DNA of 64,000 nt from Myxococcales bacterium (GTDB lineage: Bacteria; Myxococcota; Myxococcia; Myxococcales; Myxococcaceae), in the NCBI GenBank assembly GCA_030696265.1, contig JAUYSO010000017.1, forward strand, positions 8,368 to 72,367. Reading direction: 5' to 3'. The position numbers and the translations under genes were made by a program. Below, piece after piece: positions 9,083 to 18,415 of the stretch; the first letter of the stretch is position 1, and each line of letters opens with the position of its first letter. The notes below the pieces were generated by a model that was given only the letters and a program-made list of their open reading frames with translations, did not search any database and was not told the DNA's origin.

Positions 9083-10837
9083 TCAGAGCGCGTTGCAGGC
9101 ACCCACGATTCGGCAGGTGGCGCCGTCGAGGCCGTTGCACGTCATGCTCAATGACGTCTGGTTGATGACGGTGCAGCTGCCGGTGCCTGCCGAGCGTTGG
9201 GTCGAGAGCGTGCCGAGCGTGAAGCCGAGCGGGCAGATGTTCGTGGCGCTCACGGTGAAGGTCTCGGTCGGAGGGACGAACGCGCAGGTCTTCGTCGCTG
9301 ACGTCGTCGTATAGGCACCCAGGAGCACGCACTGCGCCGTCGCGAGCGGATTCGTGTCACGGCAGTCGTCGACGGCGTTGCAGGTGTTGGGCAGCCGGAA
9401 CCCCGACGGCGGGCTCGCCCCGCTGCACTGGCTGGTGGTCGGCCCGAAGCAGTACCCATCGTTGTCGCCGTCGGGCCGCACCGACAGCAGTTGGTAGATC
9501 GCCGGGTTCGAGTCGTTGCAGTCGTTCTGGGTGATGCAGTTGAACGGGAAGCTCAAGCCAGGCGGAGCCGTGTTTCCCGCGCACTGGTTGACGACGGGGC
9601 CGCTGCTGCAGCGACGGTCGCCGTCGGCGTCGACGATGAACACCGAGATGGCGAACAGGCTGGCGTTCGCATCGTCGCAGTCGTCTCCGAGACAGGTCGT
9701 CGCCAGGCGCCGCCCCACTCCAGGTGCGGCTCCGCTGCACTCGTTCGTCGCGGCCCCTGCGCAGAACGAGTCGCTGTCGGCGTCAGCGCGAGTGGAGAGC
9801 AGTTGGTACAGCTGCGGATTGGTGTCGTTGCAGTCGTCCTGCGCGCCACATGAGGCGGGCGCGCGTCGACCCGGAGCCAGCGTCGCTCCGGCGCAGTCTT
9901 GAACCGTCGCGCCGATGCATCGGCTGTCGTTGTCGACGTCAGCGCGCGCCGAGAGGAGCTGGTAGCGCTGCGCGTCGGCGTCGTTGCAGTCGTCTTGTGC
10001 AGCACACGTCGCGGGGTCGCGTTGGCCGGCGCCCAGCGAGACGCCGACGCACGCCTGGACGACCGAGCCGACACACCGGCCGTCGGTGTCGACGTCCGCG
10101 CGTGCAGGGAGGAGCCGGTAGCTCGCGGCGATGGCCGGTGCGCAGTCGAGGCCCAGCGACACATTCGGAGCGACCAGACCCACTGGGCACGAGCCAGCGA
10201 ACATGCGCAAGCTGTCGGGGCAGGCGGTCACCGTCACACTCGAGCTCGCATAGCGATCGTCGTCTTCATCGGGGTTGCACACGATGGTCACCCCTTCATC
10301 GACCTGACCATTGCAGTTGTTGTCGATGCCATCGCACGCCTCGATGTTCGGCACGCACGTCGAACCGCCATCGCCGACGGTGCCGCCGCCGAAGTTCCCA
10401 CCGTCGCCGACGACTCCCCCGCCGAAATTCCCACCGTCGCCGACGACTCCGCCGCCGAAGTTCCCGCCGTCGCCGACGGTGCCGCCGCCGAAGTTCCCGC
10501 CGTCGCCGACGACTCCCCCGCCGAAATTCCCACCGTCGGTGTCTCCGCCACCGACGTTGCCGCCCGCGACACTGCCGCCAGCGGCGTTTCCGCCCGCGCT
10601 GTTCCCACCGGCGACGTTGCCACCGGCAGCGTTCCCGCCAGCGCTGTTCCCACCAGCGTCGCCACCAGCGACGTTGCCACCGGCAGCGTTCCCGCCGCCG
10701 ACGGGGCTTCCGCCACCACTTCCGCCTGCCGTTCTGCCGCCTGCGCTTCCACCTGCCGCGCCGGCATCATCAGTGCCCGGCATGGTTCCACACCCGACGA
10801 CGAAGAAGACGAGGACGACGATTTGACGGAGTGACAT
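9083..10837 (-). CDS. Cys-rich repeat lipoprotein (Gly-rich tandem repeats plus six copies of a C...DDCNDxN putative metal-binding-motif repeat)
   Basis: Start MSLRQIVVLVFFVVGCG (lipobox) inside ORF 9083..10924. Five repeats GGNFGGG(V/T)VGD; about six repeats of the type QDDCNDADAQRYQLLSARADVDNDSRC. Confidence 0.75.
   Translation of the reverse strand: MSLRQIVVLVFFVVGCGTMPGTDDAGAAGGSAGGRTAGGSGGGSPVGGGNAAGGNVAGGDAGGNSAGGNAAGGNVAGGNSAGGNAAGGSVAGGNVGGGDTDGGNFGGGVVGDGGNFGGGTVGDGGNFGGGVVGDGGNFGGGVVGDGGNFGGGTVGDGGSTCVPNIEACDGIDNNCNGQVDEGVTIVCNPDEDDDRYASSSVTVTACPDSLRMFAGSCPVGLVAPNVSLGLDCAPAIAASYRLLPARADVDTDGRCVGSVVQACVGVSLGAGQRDPATCAAQDDCNDADAQRYQLLSARADVDNDSRCIGATVQDCAGATLAPGRRAPASCGAQDDCNDTNPQLYQLLSTRADADSDSFCAGAATNECSGAAPGVGRRLATTCLGDDCDDANASLFAISVFIVDADGDRRCSSGPVVNQCAGNTAPPGLSFPFNCITQNDCNDSNPAIYQLLSVRPDGDNDGYCFGPTTSQCSGASPPSGFRLPNTCNAVDDCRDTNPLATAQCVLLGAYTTTSATKTCAFVPPTETFTVSATNICPLGFTLGTLSTQRSAGTGSCTVINQTSLSMTCNGLDGATCRIVGACNAL
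10375..10545 (-). repeat. intragenic tandem repeat, 33-nt period, about 5 copies (encodes GGNFGGGxVGD)
   Basis: gaagttcccaccgtcgccgacgactcccccgcc repeated almost identically on the plus strand. Confidence 0.8.
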
Positions 10838-10920
10838 GGACGAACACCCTACCGGGCGCATCGCGTGGCCGACCGGACTGGCGCCTTCGTGACATCGTTT
10901 GGCGGGCGAGCCGCGGCGCC

Positions 10921-12942
10921 TCAACTCACTTCATTCGGTGACGGAGGCTTCGGCCGCACCACGTTCGCGAACTGCACGTGCTCCCGGAGCGTCTGCTCGA
11001 TCGCCTCGGTGAAGGGCTCTCCGATTGGCGCGCGCGACGACGAGCGGAGCCATCGCGCGAACCAGCGGTCGCCCAGCGGCAGCGCCAACGCCTCGAGGGT
11101 CGTCGTCGCCACCGTCGTCTCGGTGCGCGTGCTGGTCGTGACGCCCTGCCCAACGTTGTAGCCAGCCAGCAGCATCGACAGCCGCGCCGGCATCGACGCG
11201 GTCGACGAGATCAACATGCCGCCCTCGTCGTTGGTGTGCCGGCGCAGCGCGCGCAGGAAGTCGACGGACCACAAGGTCGGGTTCGCCTCGGGAGAGAATG
11301 GATCGAAGAAGATCAGATCGGCCCAGCCCGGCACGCCGTCGATCGTCTCTCGCGCGTCTCCCGGCAGCACGCGCCACGACAGCCCGGCGCCTTCCCAGTG
11401 TCCCTGGTCGAGCAGCGCTTCACACGCGGTCTTCCACGGCTGCAGAAACGAGAACCCGGCTGGGTCTCTCAACGCGAGCTCGAGCGCGGCGAGGTCCGAC
11501 TCCAGGCTGATGACCTCGACCGTGCGCTTGCGGCGCTCGCCCATCGCCTGGGCCTTCGAGAGCGCGGCGATCGCGTTCGCACCAGCCCCGAGCCCGACGT
11601 CGAGAATGACGAACGGCTCGTCACGGAACACCTCGAGGCGCTTCTCGAGCCCAGGCTGATCGACGAAGAGCGCGTTCGCCTCCTCCCACGGGCCGACCGG
11701 GTGCATCACCTCGCCGTGCTCGACGTGCCGCAACGCCCGCTGCCCCGCGCGCGTCATCACCACCTCGAACCCGCCCTGCCGGTCACCCGTCGCGCGAGGC
11801 CTGGTGTTCCTCGGCGCGAGCCGTTCGACCAGCTCGCGATACTCCGCGTCCCACCGGTTCTCGATGATGGCGTCGCGCATGCGCCGCGTGAGCTGTTGGA
11901 AATGATGCAGGTTGTGAATCGCGAGCAGCCGGCTGGCGAGGTGGTGCGAGCCCTGCGCGAGGTGGCGAAGGTACGAGCGTGTGTAGCGGGTGCACGTCGG
12001 GCAGCGGCAGCTCTCGTCGAGCGGGCGATCGTCGAAGCGGTACTCGTGCTTGCTGATGCGCAGGCGGCCGTCGAACGTGTACGCGTAGCCCTGCTGCGCC
12101 ATCATCGGCGGGATGATGCAGTCGAACATGTCGATGCCGCGGTGCACGCACTCGACGAGATCGATCGGCGTGCCCACGCCCATCAGGTAGCGCGGCTTCT
12201 CGGCCGGCAGCTGCGGCGCCGTGTGGCCCGTCATCTCGTAGAGCAGCTCGCGCGACTCACCGACCGCCAGCCCACCGATGGCGAACCCATCGAACGGGTG
12301 CGGCGTGAGGAACTGCGCGCTCTGGGTGCGCAGCGCCTTGAACACCCCGCCCTGCACGATCGCGAAGAGCGCCTGGCCCGTCGGGCGTGCGTCTCGGGCG
12401 GCGAGGCTGCGGAGCGCCCACCGATGCGTGCGCTCCATCGCGTCGGTGGTGACGGCCTCGCTCGACGTCGACGGCGGGCACACGTCGAGCACCATCATGA
12501 TGTCGCTGTTGATGGCGTTCTGCATCGCGATGCTGGACTCGGGCGAGAGCAGGTGGCGCTGGTTGTCGTACGGGCTGCGGAAGCGCGCGCCGGCCTCCGA
12601 GATCTCGCGCTCTCCCGGCAGGCTGAAGATCTGAAAACCACCCGAGTCGGTGAGCACGCCGTGCGGCCACTGCATGAAGGGGTGAATGCCGCCGGTCTTC
12701 TCGAACACCCCGATGCCCGGCCTCAGGAGCAGGTGGTACGTGTTCGACAGACAGAAGCGCGCGCCGCTCTCGGCCACGTCGTCCATCGTGAGGAACCGCA
12801 CGTGGGCATGCGTCGCGACCGGCATGAACGCGGGCGTCTCGAGCACCCCTCGCCGCGTGTGGAGCCGGCCCGCACGGGCTCCCGACGACGACGACGCGAG
12901 CAGCTCGAAACGCAAGGGGCCTTCAGGAGCAGGTGGCGTCAT
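10921..12942 (-). CDS. tgt: queuine tRNA-ribosyltransferase fused to a C-terminal MnmC-like (DUF752) SAM-dependent methyltransferase domain
   Basis: N-terminal ~390 aa carry TGT motifs: VLTDSGGFQ, MVLDVC, LMGVGTP...GIDMFDC, and the Zn site CRCPTCTRY...H. C-terminal ~270 aa: FVILDVGLGAGANAIAAL and DLIFFDPFSPEANPTLWSVDFLRALRR match the MnmC N-terminal methyltransferase (DUF752) signature DGFxPxKNPxLW. Confidence 0.85.
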   Translation of the reverse strand: MTPPAPEGPLRFELLASSSSGARAGRLHTRRGVLETPAFMPVATHAHVRFLTMDDVAESGARFCLSNTYHLLLRPGIGVFEKTGGIHPFMQWPHGVLTDSGGFQIFSLPGEREISEAGARFRSPYDNQRHLLSPESSIAMQNAINSDIMMVLDVCPPSTSSEAVTTDAMERTHRWALRSLAARDARPTGQALFAIVQGGVFKALRTQSAQFLTPHPFDGFAIGGLAVGESRELLYEMTGHTAPQLPAEKPRYLMGVGTPIDLVECVHRGIDMFDCIIPPMMAQQGYAYTFDGRLRISKHEYRFDDRPLDESCRCPTCTRYTRSYLRHLAQGSHHLASRLLAIHNLHHFQQLTRRMRDAIIENRWDAEYRELVERLAPRNTRPRATGDRQGGFEVVMTRAGQRALRHVEHGEVMHPVGPWEEANALFVDQPGLEKRLEVFRDEPFVILDVGLGAGANAIAALSKAQAMGERRKRTVEVISLESDLAALELALRDPAGFSFLQPWKTACEALLDQGHWEGAGLSWRVLPGDARETIDGVPGWADLIFFDPFSPEANPTLWSVDFLRALRRHTNDEGGMLISSTASMPARLSMLLAGYNVGQGVTTSTRTETTVATTTLEALALPLGDRWFARWLRSSSRAPIGEPFTEAIEQTLREHVQFANVVRPKPPSPNEVS

Positions 12943-13039
12943 CGCGGCGCGCGTGTAGCAGTCTTCCTCGCCGACCGCGGACTACAGTGTGCGTAGAATC
13001 ATCCATTGAGACTGAACGCCCTCGCCGACATGCTGTGGC

Positions 13040-13666
13040 ATGCGTTCCATCTTCGTGGCTGTGCTCGCGTGTTCGCTGACCTCGTACGCAGGCCCGAAGA
13101 AGAAGCGCGCGCCGGTGGTCGCGCCCGCGCCCGCCGTGCCTGCGATTCCGTACGTGGGCGTGCTCCCCACGGTCTCGGACTCCGAGGAGTACGCCGCGTT
13201 GCTCACGCACGCGAATGAGCTGCTCAAAGCCGAGTACGACACCTACGAGCTCGACTACGTGCCGGAAGGCGAGTCGGACCAGGCCTCGGCCGACGCGGTG
13301 CGCGCGAAGAAGACCGAGGGTGTTCGGCTGCGCCTCACGCTCACCGCTGCGCGCGAGCAGATGCGGGCCTCGCTGATGGTGATGAAGATCCCCGGTGGTG
13401 GGCTGCGCGGGAGTTGGTTCGTGCACGCGAGCGGACCCGAGGCGAACGACCTGCTCGAGGCGATCGTCCCGAACATCGTCGCCGACATGGCTGGCGACCT
13501 CGGGTGGAAGAAGAAGCCCGTCGCAGAGGCCGCGAAGACAGCGGCACCGGACGAGCCCATGAAGGCAGAGGTGCCCGCTGAGCCAGTGAAGGCAGTCGTG
13601 GCCGCGTCGCCCTCAGAGGCCGCGAAGCCGGCAGAGCCGGACACCGCACAAACGGCGACGAGGTAG
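13040..13666 (+). CDS. hypothetical secreted protein
   Basis: Signal peptide MRSIFVAVLACSLTSYAGP. Ala/Pro/Glu/Lys-rich C-terminal tail. Coherent codon bias. Confidence 0.6.
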   Translation: MRSIFVAVLACSLTSYAGPKKKRAPVVAPAPAVPAIPYVGVLPTVSDSEEYAALLTHANELLKAEYDTYELDYVPEGESDQASADAVRAKKTEGVRLRLTLTAAREQMRASLMVMKIPGGGLRGSWFVHASGPEANDLLEAIVPNIVADMAGDLGWKKKPVAEAAKTAAPDEPMKAEVPAEPVKAVVAASPSEAAKPAEPDTAQTATR

Positions 13667-13784
13667 TCGGGAGCAGCGAGTGCCTCGCGAGAAGCTCGAG
13701 CCGCATGGGCAGATGAGTCCACGGCGCCGAGTCAGCGGGCCCGAGAGGACCGTCCAGTTGATGAACGCAGCGTGAGCGTCAGCT

Positions 13785-14025
13785 GCTCGTCGTGCGCGGC
13801 ATTGGCCCTCTCGTGAAACCGCGGGCTAGCTCCAGACAGCGGCGAACGTGTGCACCGCGGCGTCGTCTGCGCGTCGTGCGGTCGGCTGTGCGTCTCGGTG
13901 AAACCGCAGCGTGACTGCTCCAGATGACTGTCGAACGGCGAACGTGTCCACGAGGACCCACCGGCTCATCGTGCGCCCGTCTCGTGAAACCGCGGCGTGA
14001 CTCGTCCAGCATGAGGCTCGTTGGC
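13785..14025. repeat. intergenic imperfect tandem direct repeats, about 83-bp period, three copies (third partial)
   Basis: Units begin near 13790, 13870 and 13955. They share cgtgcgc..tctcgtgaaaccgc(g/a)g(c)gtgact(g)ctccaga and cggcgaacgtgt(g/c)cac. Confidence 0.7.
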
Positions 14026-14041
14026 TCCGTCGAAGACCGTC

Positions 14042-16176
14042 ATGGTGGTTGCCGTGCGACTCCTTCTATTCAGTCTGTGCGCGTTCGTGGCGTGCGCTCC
14101 CGTCGTTGGCCGCGACACGCCCGACGCCGCGCTGGAGGACTCAGGAATCGAGGTCCGCCCGGATGCAGGGCTCGTCGACGCGGGCCTCGGTGACGACGCG
14201 GGCGTGACGCTCGACGGCGGCGCTGGCTCCGATGCGGGCGGCATTGACGACGCAGGCTCAGGCCCCGACGCAGGCAGCACCGAAGACGCGGGCGAACCCG
14301 TCGACCCATGCGCCACCATCACCTGCGCGGCGCTCGAGACCTGCGTGAACGGCGCCTGCGTCTCGCAGCGATGTGGCACCCGCGTGTGCTCGATACGGAG
14401 CGCTGCTCCGACGCGGGCACGTGCCTCGAGGCCGCGTGCCTGGGCGTCTCGTGCCTCGCCGGCGAAGTCTGCTCGGGTGGCAGCTGCCTGCCCGTCGACT
14501 GCGCGGGTCAGCCCTGCCCCTCGGGCTCGCTCTGCGTCGACGAGGTCTGCGTCGAGCGTGCGTGCGCGAGCGTGAGCTGCGACGGCGGCCGGTGCCTCGC
14601 CGGAGCCTGCCAACCACCGAGCTGTGGCGACGCGGGCGTCTGTGGCTCCGGCTTCGCGTGCATCAGCGGCCGCTGTGACGACGTGCGCTGCGTCGCGGTC
14701 ACCTGCACCACGGGCTTTCAGTGCCTCGCCGGGGCGTGCGTGGCCGGGTGCACGGCCAGCCAGGCGAACGAGACGAGCTGCAACAACACCAGCGACGACG
14801 ATTGTGACGGGCTCGTCGACTGCGCCGACCCCGACTGCGCCACGCGGGCCTGCGTCGACGACGGCGCGGCGTGCACCCGCGACGTGTGCGGCGGCGGCCT
14901 GTGCACGCACCCTCCCGAGGCCTCGGGCGTCGTCTGTCGCGCGGCCATCGGTGGCTGCGACGTGGCCGAGCGGTGCACTGGCGCGAGCGCCGCCTGCCCG
15001 GCCGACACGTTCAGCGCGACCTGCGCCTGCCCGGAGCGTGGACCGCTCACCGGGTACTCCGAGGGCTCGGGGTTGCGCAGCATCACCGCGAGCTCGTTCG
15101 TGCTTCGTGACACCAACACGTGGGTGACCAACGCCGCGAGGATCGACGCGCTCGCGCTCCCCAGAGTCGCCCTCGATGCGTTGCCCCTCAACCGCACCGC
15201 GAGTCGCATGACGACCCGGCCGTGGCCTGGTTTCGGCGGCGGGTTCTTCTGGGCCCCGGGCGACCTCACCGTGCCGTACTGGATTCCGCAGGGCCTCGCG
15301 GGCGGCGCGGCTGGCGCGAAGCTGATGGTCGCCGTCAGCTGGCACTACGACGAGACGGACAACTCGACGGACTCGAGCCCACCCGTCGATGGGAGCGACA
15401 AGGGCGTGCGGGTGAGCTTCGCCGACGTCACCAACCTCGCGGCCGGCGTCACCTACCGCCACGTCCTGCTGGTCGAGCCAGACGTGGCGCGGGGCTTCAA
15501 GCCCATCGGCATTCACGCCGGAGGCCTCGCCTGGTCGGGAACGCTGCTCTACGTCGCGGACACCAGCCGGGGCCTGCGCGTCTTCGATCTCACGCGCATC
15601 CTCGAGGTCTCGACCGCGACCGCATGTAACGCGCGCGCAGGTGTCGCGAACGGTCAGGCCTGCGGGTACGGCTACCAGTTCGTGCTCCCGCAGGTCGGCA
15701 GCTACGTCTTCCCCACCGGGCTCTCGTCGTCGTGCCGGCCGTCGTTCTCCTTCGTCTCGCTCGACCGCAGCACGGCGCCCGACTCGCTCATCTCAGGCGA
15801 GTACGACAACGACCCGACCTGGGGCATCTACAGCCGGCTGGTCCGCTGGCCGCTCGCACCGGGCAGCTCTCGCCTCGCGACCGGGCCGAGCGGAATCGTG
15901 ACGGCCACGGGCGCCTGGTACGCCGGCAATCGCAACGTGCAGGGCGCCGTCGCCTCGGGCCCGAAGTTCTTTCTCAACTCCACGCGGAACAGCGGCACCC
16001 TCTTCACTGGCGTGGTTGGCGCGGCGTCGACCAACCTGCGGGCGAGCAACAACGACTGGGGGTGGATGCCCGAAGGCATTCACCTGTCGGCCGCAGGCAA
16101 CCTCTGGATCAGCACCGAGGGCCACGCCTCGTTGGACCGGTGCGTGTACGCGGTGCGGGCCGCCGACGTGCCCTGA
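14042..16176 (+). pseudogene. Cys-rich secreted (lipo)protein with an apparent frameshift near 14390; either a pseudogene or a 1-nt sequence error
   Basis: ORF 14021..14575 (start MVVAVRLLLFSLCAFVAC) and ORF 14308..16176 carry the same repeated C..G.C..G.C unit in different frames. The pattern switches frame between GTRVCS and DTERCSDAGTC. Downstream of that point the first frame becomes Arg/Ala/Ser out-of-frame noise. Confidence 0.5.
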
Positions 16177-16180
16177 AAAC

Positions 16181-18415
16181 TCAGGCGCGACGCCGGCGCA
16201 GCAGCACGAGCGCGAAGAGCATCAGCGGCGACAGCTCGGCCGACGAACACCCCAGACAGCTGGTGGGCGGCCTCGCGACGCACTGACCGGTGCTGCAGGT
16301 CTGGGTCGTCGAGCAGGCGCGGCACTCTGAACCCGACATGCCGCAGCGCTCATCGGAGGGGAACGAGACGCAGATGCCGTTCGCGCAGCAGCCGTTGCAG
16401 TTCGAAGGCCCGCACGTGATGCCAGGTCCACCTGCGCCAGTACCCGCGCCAGTGCCGCCGCCGACGCCCGACGTTCCGCCCGCAGCGCCACCGCCGACGC
16501 CTGACGTTCCACCCGCAGCGCCGCCGCCGACACCTGACGTTCCACCCGCCGAGCCGCCACCGACGCCTGACGTGCCACCCGCCGAGCCGCCACCGACGCC
16601 CGACATGCCACCCGCCGAGCCACCACCGACGCCCGACGTACCACCCGCCGAGCCGCCACCGACGCCGGCCGAGCCTCCACCCGTTGCACCGCCCGGCACG
16701 CACACGTTCGCGCCGCCGACGTTGCTGCAGGTGAAGCCAGTGCCGCACGGCACTGGAGCGGTCGGCGTACACGGCGTACGACACACCCCAGAGGTGCAGC
16801 GCAGCCCCGTGCGACAGATGCCGAGCGGCGCGGTGCCTGAGCAGGTCTGCCCTTCACTTCGCAGCTCTGGGACCGTGCACGCGCAGACGCCCGAGCTGCC
16901 GTTCGCGAGACACCCCGGGCACGTGCCGGGGTTGGTCGGGTTGCACGGCGCGCGACAGACGCCAGCGAAACACGTGAGCCCGTTCTGGCAGGGCACCGAG
17001 CCGCTGCACGCCTGACAGATGCTCGCGCCCATCGACGGGTAGCAGATTCGCTCCGACGTCCCCGAGATGCCCACGCAGCTGGTGGGCAGGCCGCCGACCG
17101 GCTGACACGTCGTCGACGTACACCCGGTACACTCGGGCCCGAGGCCGTTGCAGCAGGCGCGGCAGAACGACAGGTTCGGGTCCATGTCGTCGATGATGCA
17201 GACGCCGCACATCGCGCAGAAGTTCGAGACGTCGCAGCGGTCGCCCGGAGCGCCAGTCGGCGTGCACGTGCCGCCCACGCAGCCGTAGCCGGGCGCGCAG
17301 TCGGTCTGCACCGTCGCTGGCGTGCACTGGTTCGTACACGCGGTGGTCGGCACACAGAACGCGCTGCCGGCCGAGCCGGAGCACTGGGAGCCCGGGCCGC
17401 ACGAGCCGGCGACGGACGGGTTGCACGACGACGAGCACCAGTTGATGCCGCTGCCGTTGGTGAGGCACGTGCCGGTCGAACAGTCGGAGCCCGCGGTGCA
17501 GAAGCGGCACTGATCCGACGCGCCGACCTGCGGCAGACACGCGAAGCCGGCGGTCGAGGCCTGGCAGGTGTAGCCAGTCGGACACGCGGCGCCCACGGCG
17601 GTGCAGTCTTGCGTGCAGATGCGCGAGGTCGTGCCCGTCGCGGCTTCACACACGCGCCCGCCGGTGCACATCGAGCCGGTGGTGCAGGTCGAGCCCTGCC
17701 CGCCCGAGGTGCCGGGGTAGGCCGTACAGACGTCGCTCGAGTCAGGCCCCAGCAGCGCGCGCTTGATGAGGCCGTTGGCGATGGTGGGGTTCATCACCGC
17801 GTTGCCTGACGTCGTGTGGTCGAACCCGATGAAGTGGCCGGCCTCGTGCGCGATGACGCTCTCGTAGTCCCACGCGCTGGAGCGGCCGTCGTTGGCCCAC
17901 GCGGTGTTGCCGTTCATCTCCATGTCGGCGTCGGTCAGCTCGCCGTTGGTGAAGAAGCGCGTGCCGGTGAGGCCCAGCGTGCCGCTGCCGTAGCGCCAGT
18001 TCGGGTTGGTGAGGAAGATGATGTTGTTGTTGCCGTCGCTCCCGCTCACTGCCGCCGTGCCCGTCGGCGTCGAGAAGGTCGTCGCGGCGAACGCGAAGTT
18101 GAGCGACGTGCCGCAGGCGGTGACGTTCGGCGTCGTCCACCGCTCGAAGCCCGAGCGCATGCCCATCAGCGCCGTGGCGTAGCTGACGGCCTGCGTGCCG
18201 GTGAGCGTCATGCCGCCGGTGTTGTTGACCGACGCGGCGAAGCGCACCTCGGGGTAGCAGCGCCCCGTCACGCACGTGAGGTTTCCACTGGGTTGACCGG
18301 TCGTGCGCCCATTACACGACGTGGAGCAGGGGTCGAGGGGCCACGTCTTGCCGCTCGGCGCGGCGAGCGACGCGGTGGCGCCGAGCAGGAGCGCGGCGGC
18401 GAGGCTGCGGTTCAT
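16181..18415 (-). CDS. secreted zinc metalloprotease (matrixin/metzincin-like) with Cys-rich repeats, a Gly-rich tandem repeat and a MYXO-CTERM-type anchor
   Basis: HEAGHFIGFDH fits HExxHxxGxxH. Signal peptide MNRSLAAALLLGATASLAAP. Seven repeats (GGGSAGGTSGV). C-terminal CLGCSSAELSPLMLFALVLLRRRRA. Confidence 0.85.
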   Translation of the reverse strand: MNRSLAAALLLGATASLAAPSGKTWPLDPCSTSCNGRTTGQPSGNLTCVTGRCYPEVRFAASVNNTGGMTLTGTQAVSYATALMGMRSGFERWTTPNVTACGTSLNFAFAATTFSTPTGTAAVSGSDGNNNIIFLTNPNWRYGSGTLGLTGTRFFTNGELTDADMEMNGNTAWANDGRSSAWDYESVIAHEAGHFIGFDHTTSGNAVMNPTIANGLIKRALLGPDSSDVCTAYPGTSGGQGSTCTTGSMCTGGRVCEAATGTTSRICTQDCTAVGAACPTGYTCQASTAGFACLPQVGASDQCRFCTAGSDCSTGTCLTNGSGINWCSSSCNPSVAGSCGPGSQCSGSAGSAFCVPTTACTNQCTPATVQTDCAPGYGCVGGTCTPTGAPGDRCDVSNFCAMCGVCIIDDMDPNLSFCRACCNGLGPECTGCTSTTCQPVGGLPTSCVGISGTSERICYPSMGASICQACSGSVPCQNGLTCFAGVCRAPCNPTNPGTCPGCLANGSSGVCACTVPELRSEGQTCSGTAPLGICRTGLRCTSGVCRTPCTPTAPVPCGTGFTCSNVGGANVCVPGGATGGGSAGVGGGSAGGTSGVGGGSAGGMSGVGGGSAGGTSGVGGGSAGGTSGVGGGAAGGTSGVGGGAAGGTSGVGGGTGAGTGAGGPGITCGPSNCNGCCANGICVSFPSDERCGMSGSECRACSTTQTCSTGQCVARPPTSCLGCSSAELSPLMLFALVLLRRRRA
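16450..16690 (-). repeat. intragenic tandem repeat, 33-nt period, about 7 copies
   Basis: gccgccgacgcccgacgttccgcccgcagcgccacc and variants on the plus strand; encodes the Gly-rich repeat of the protease. Confidence 0.8.
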
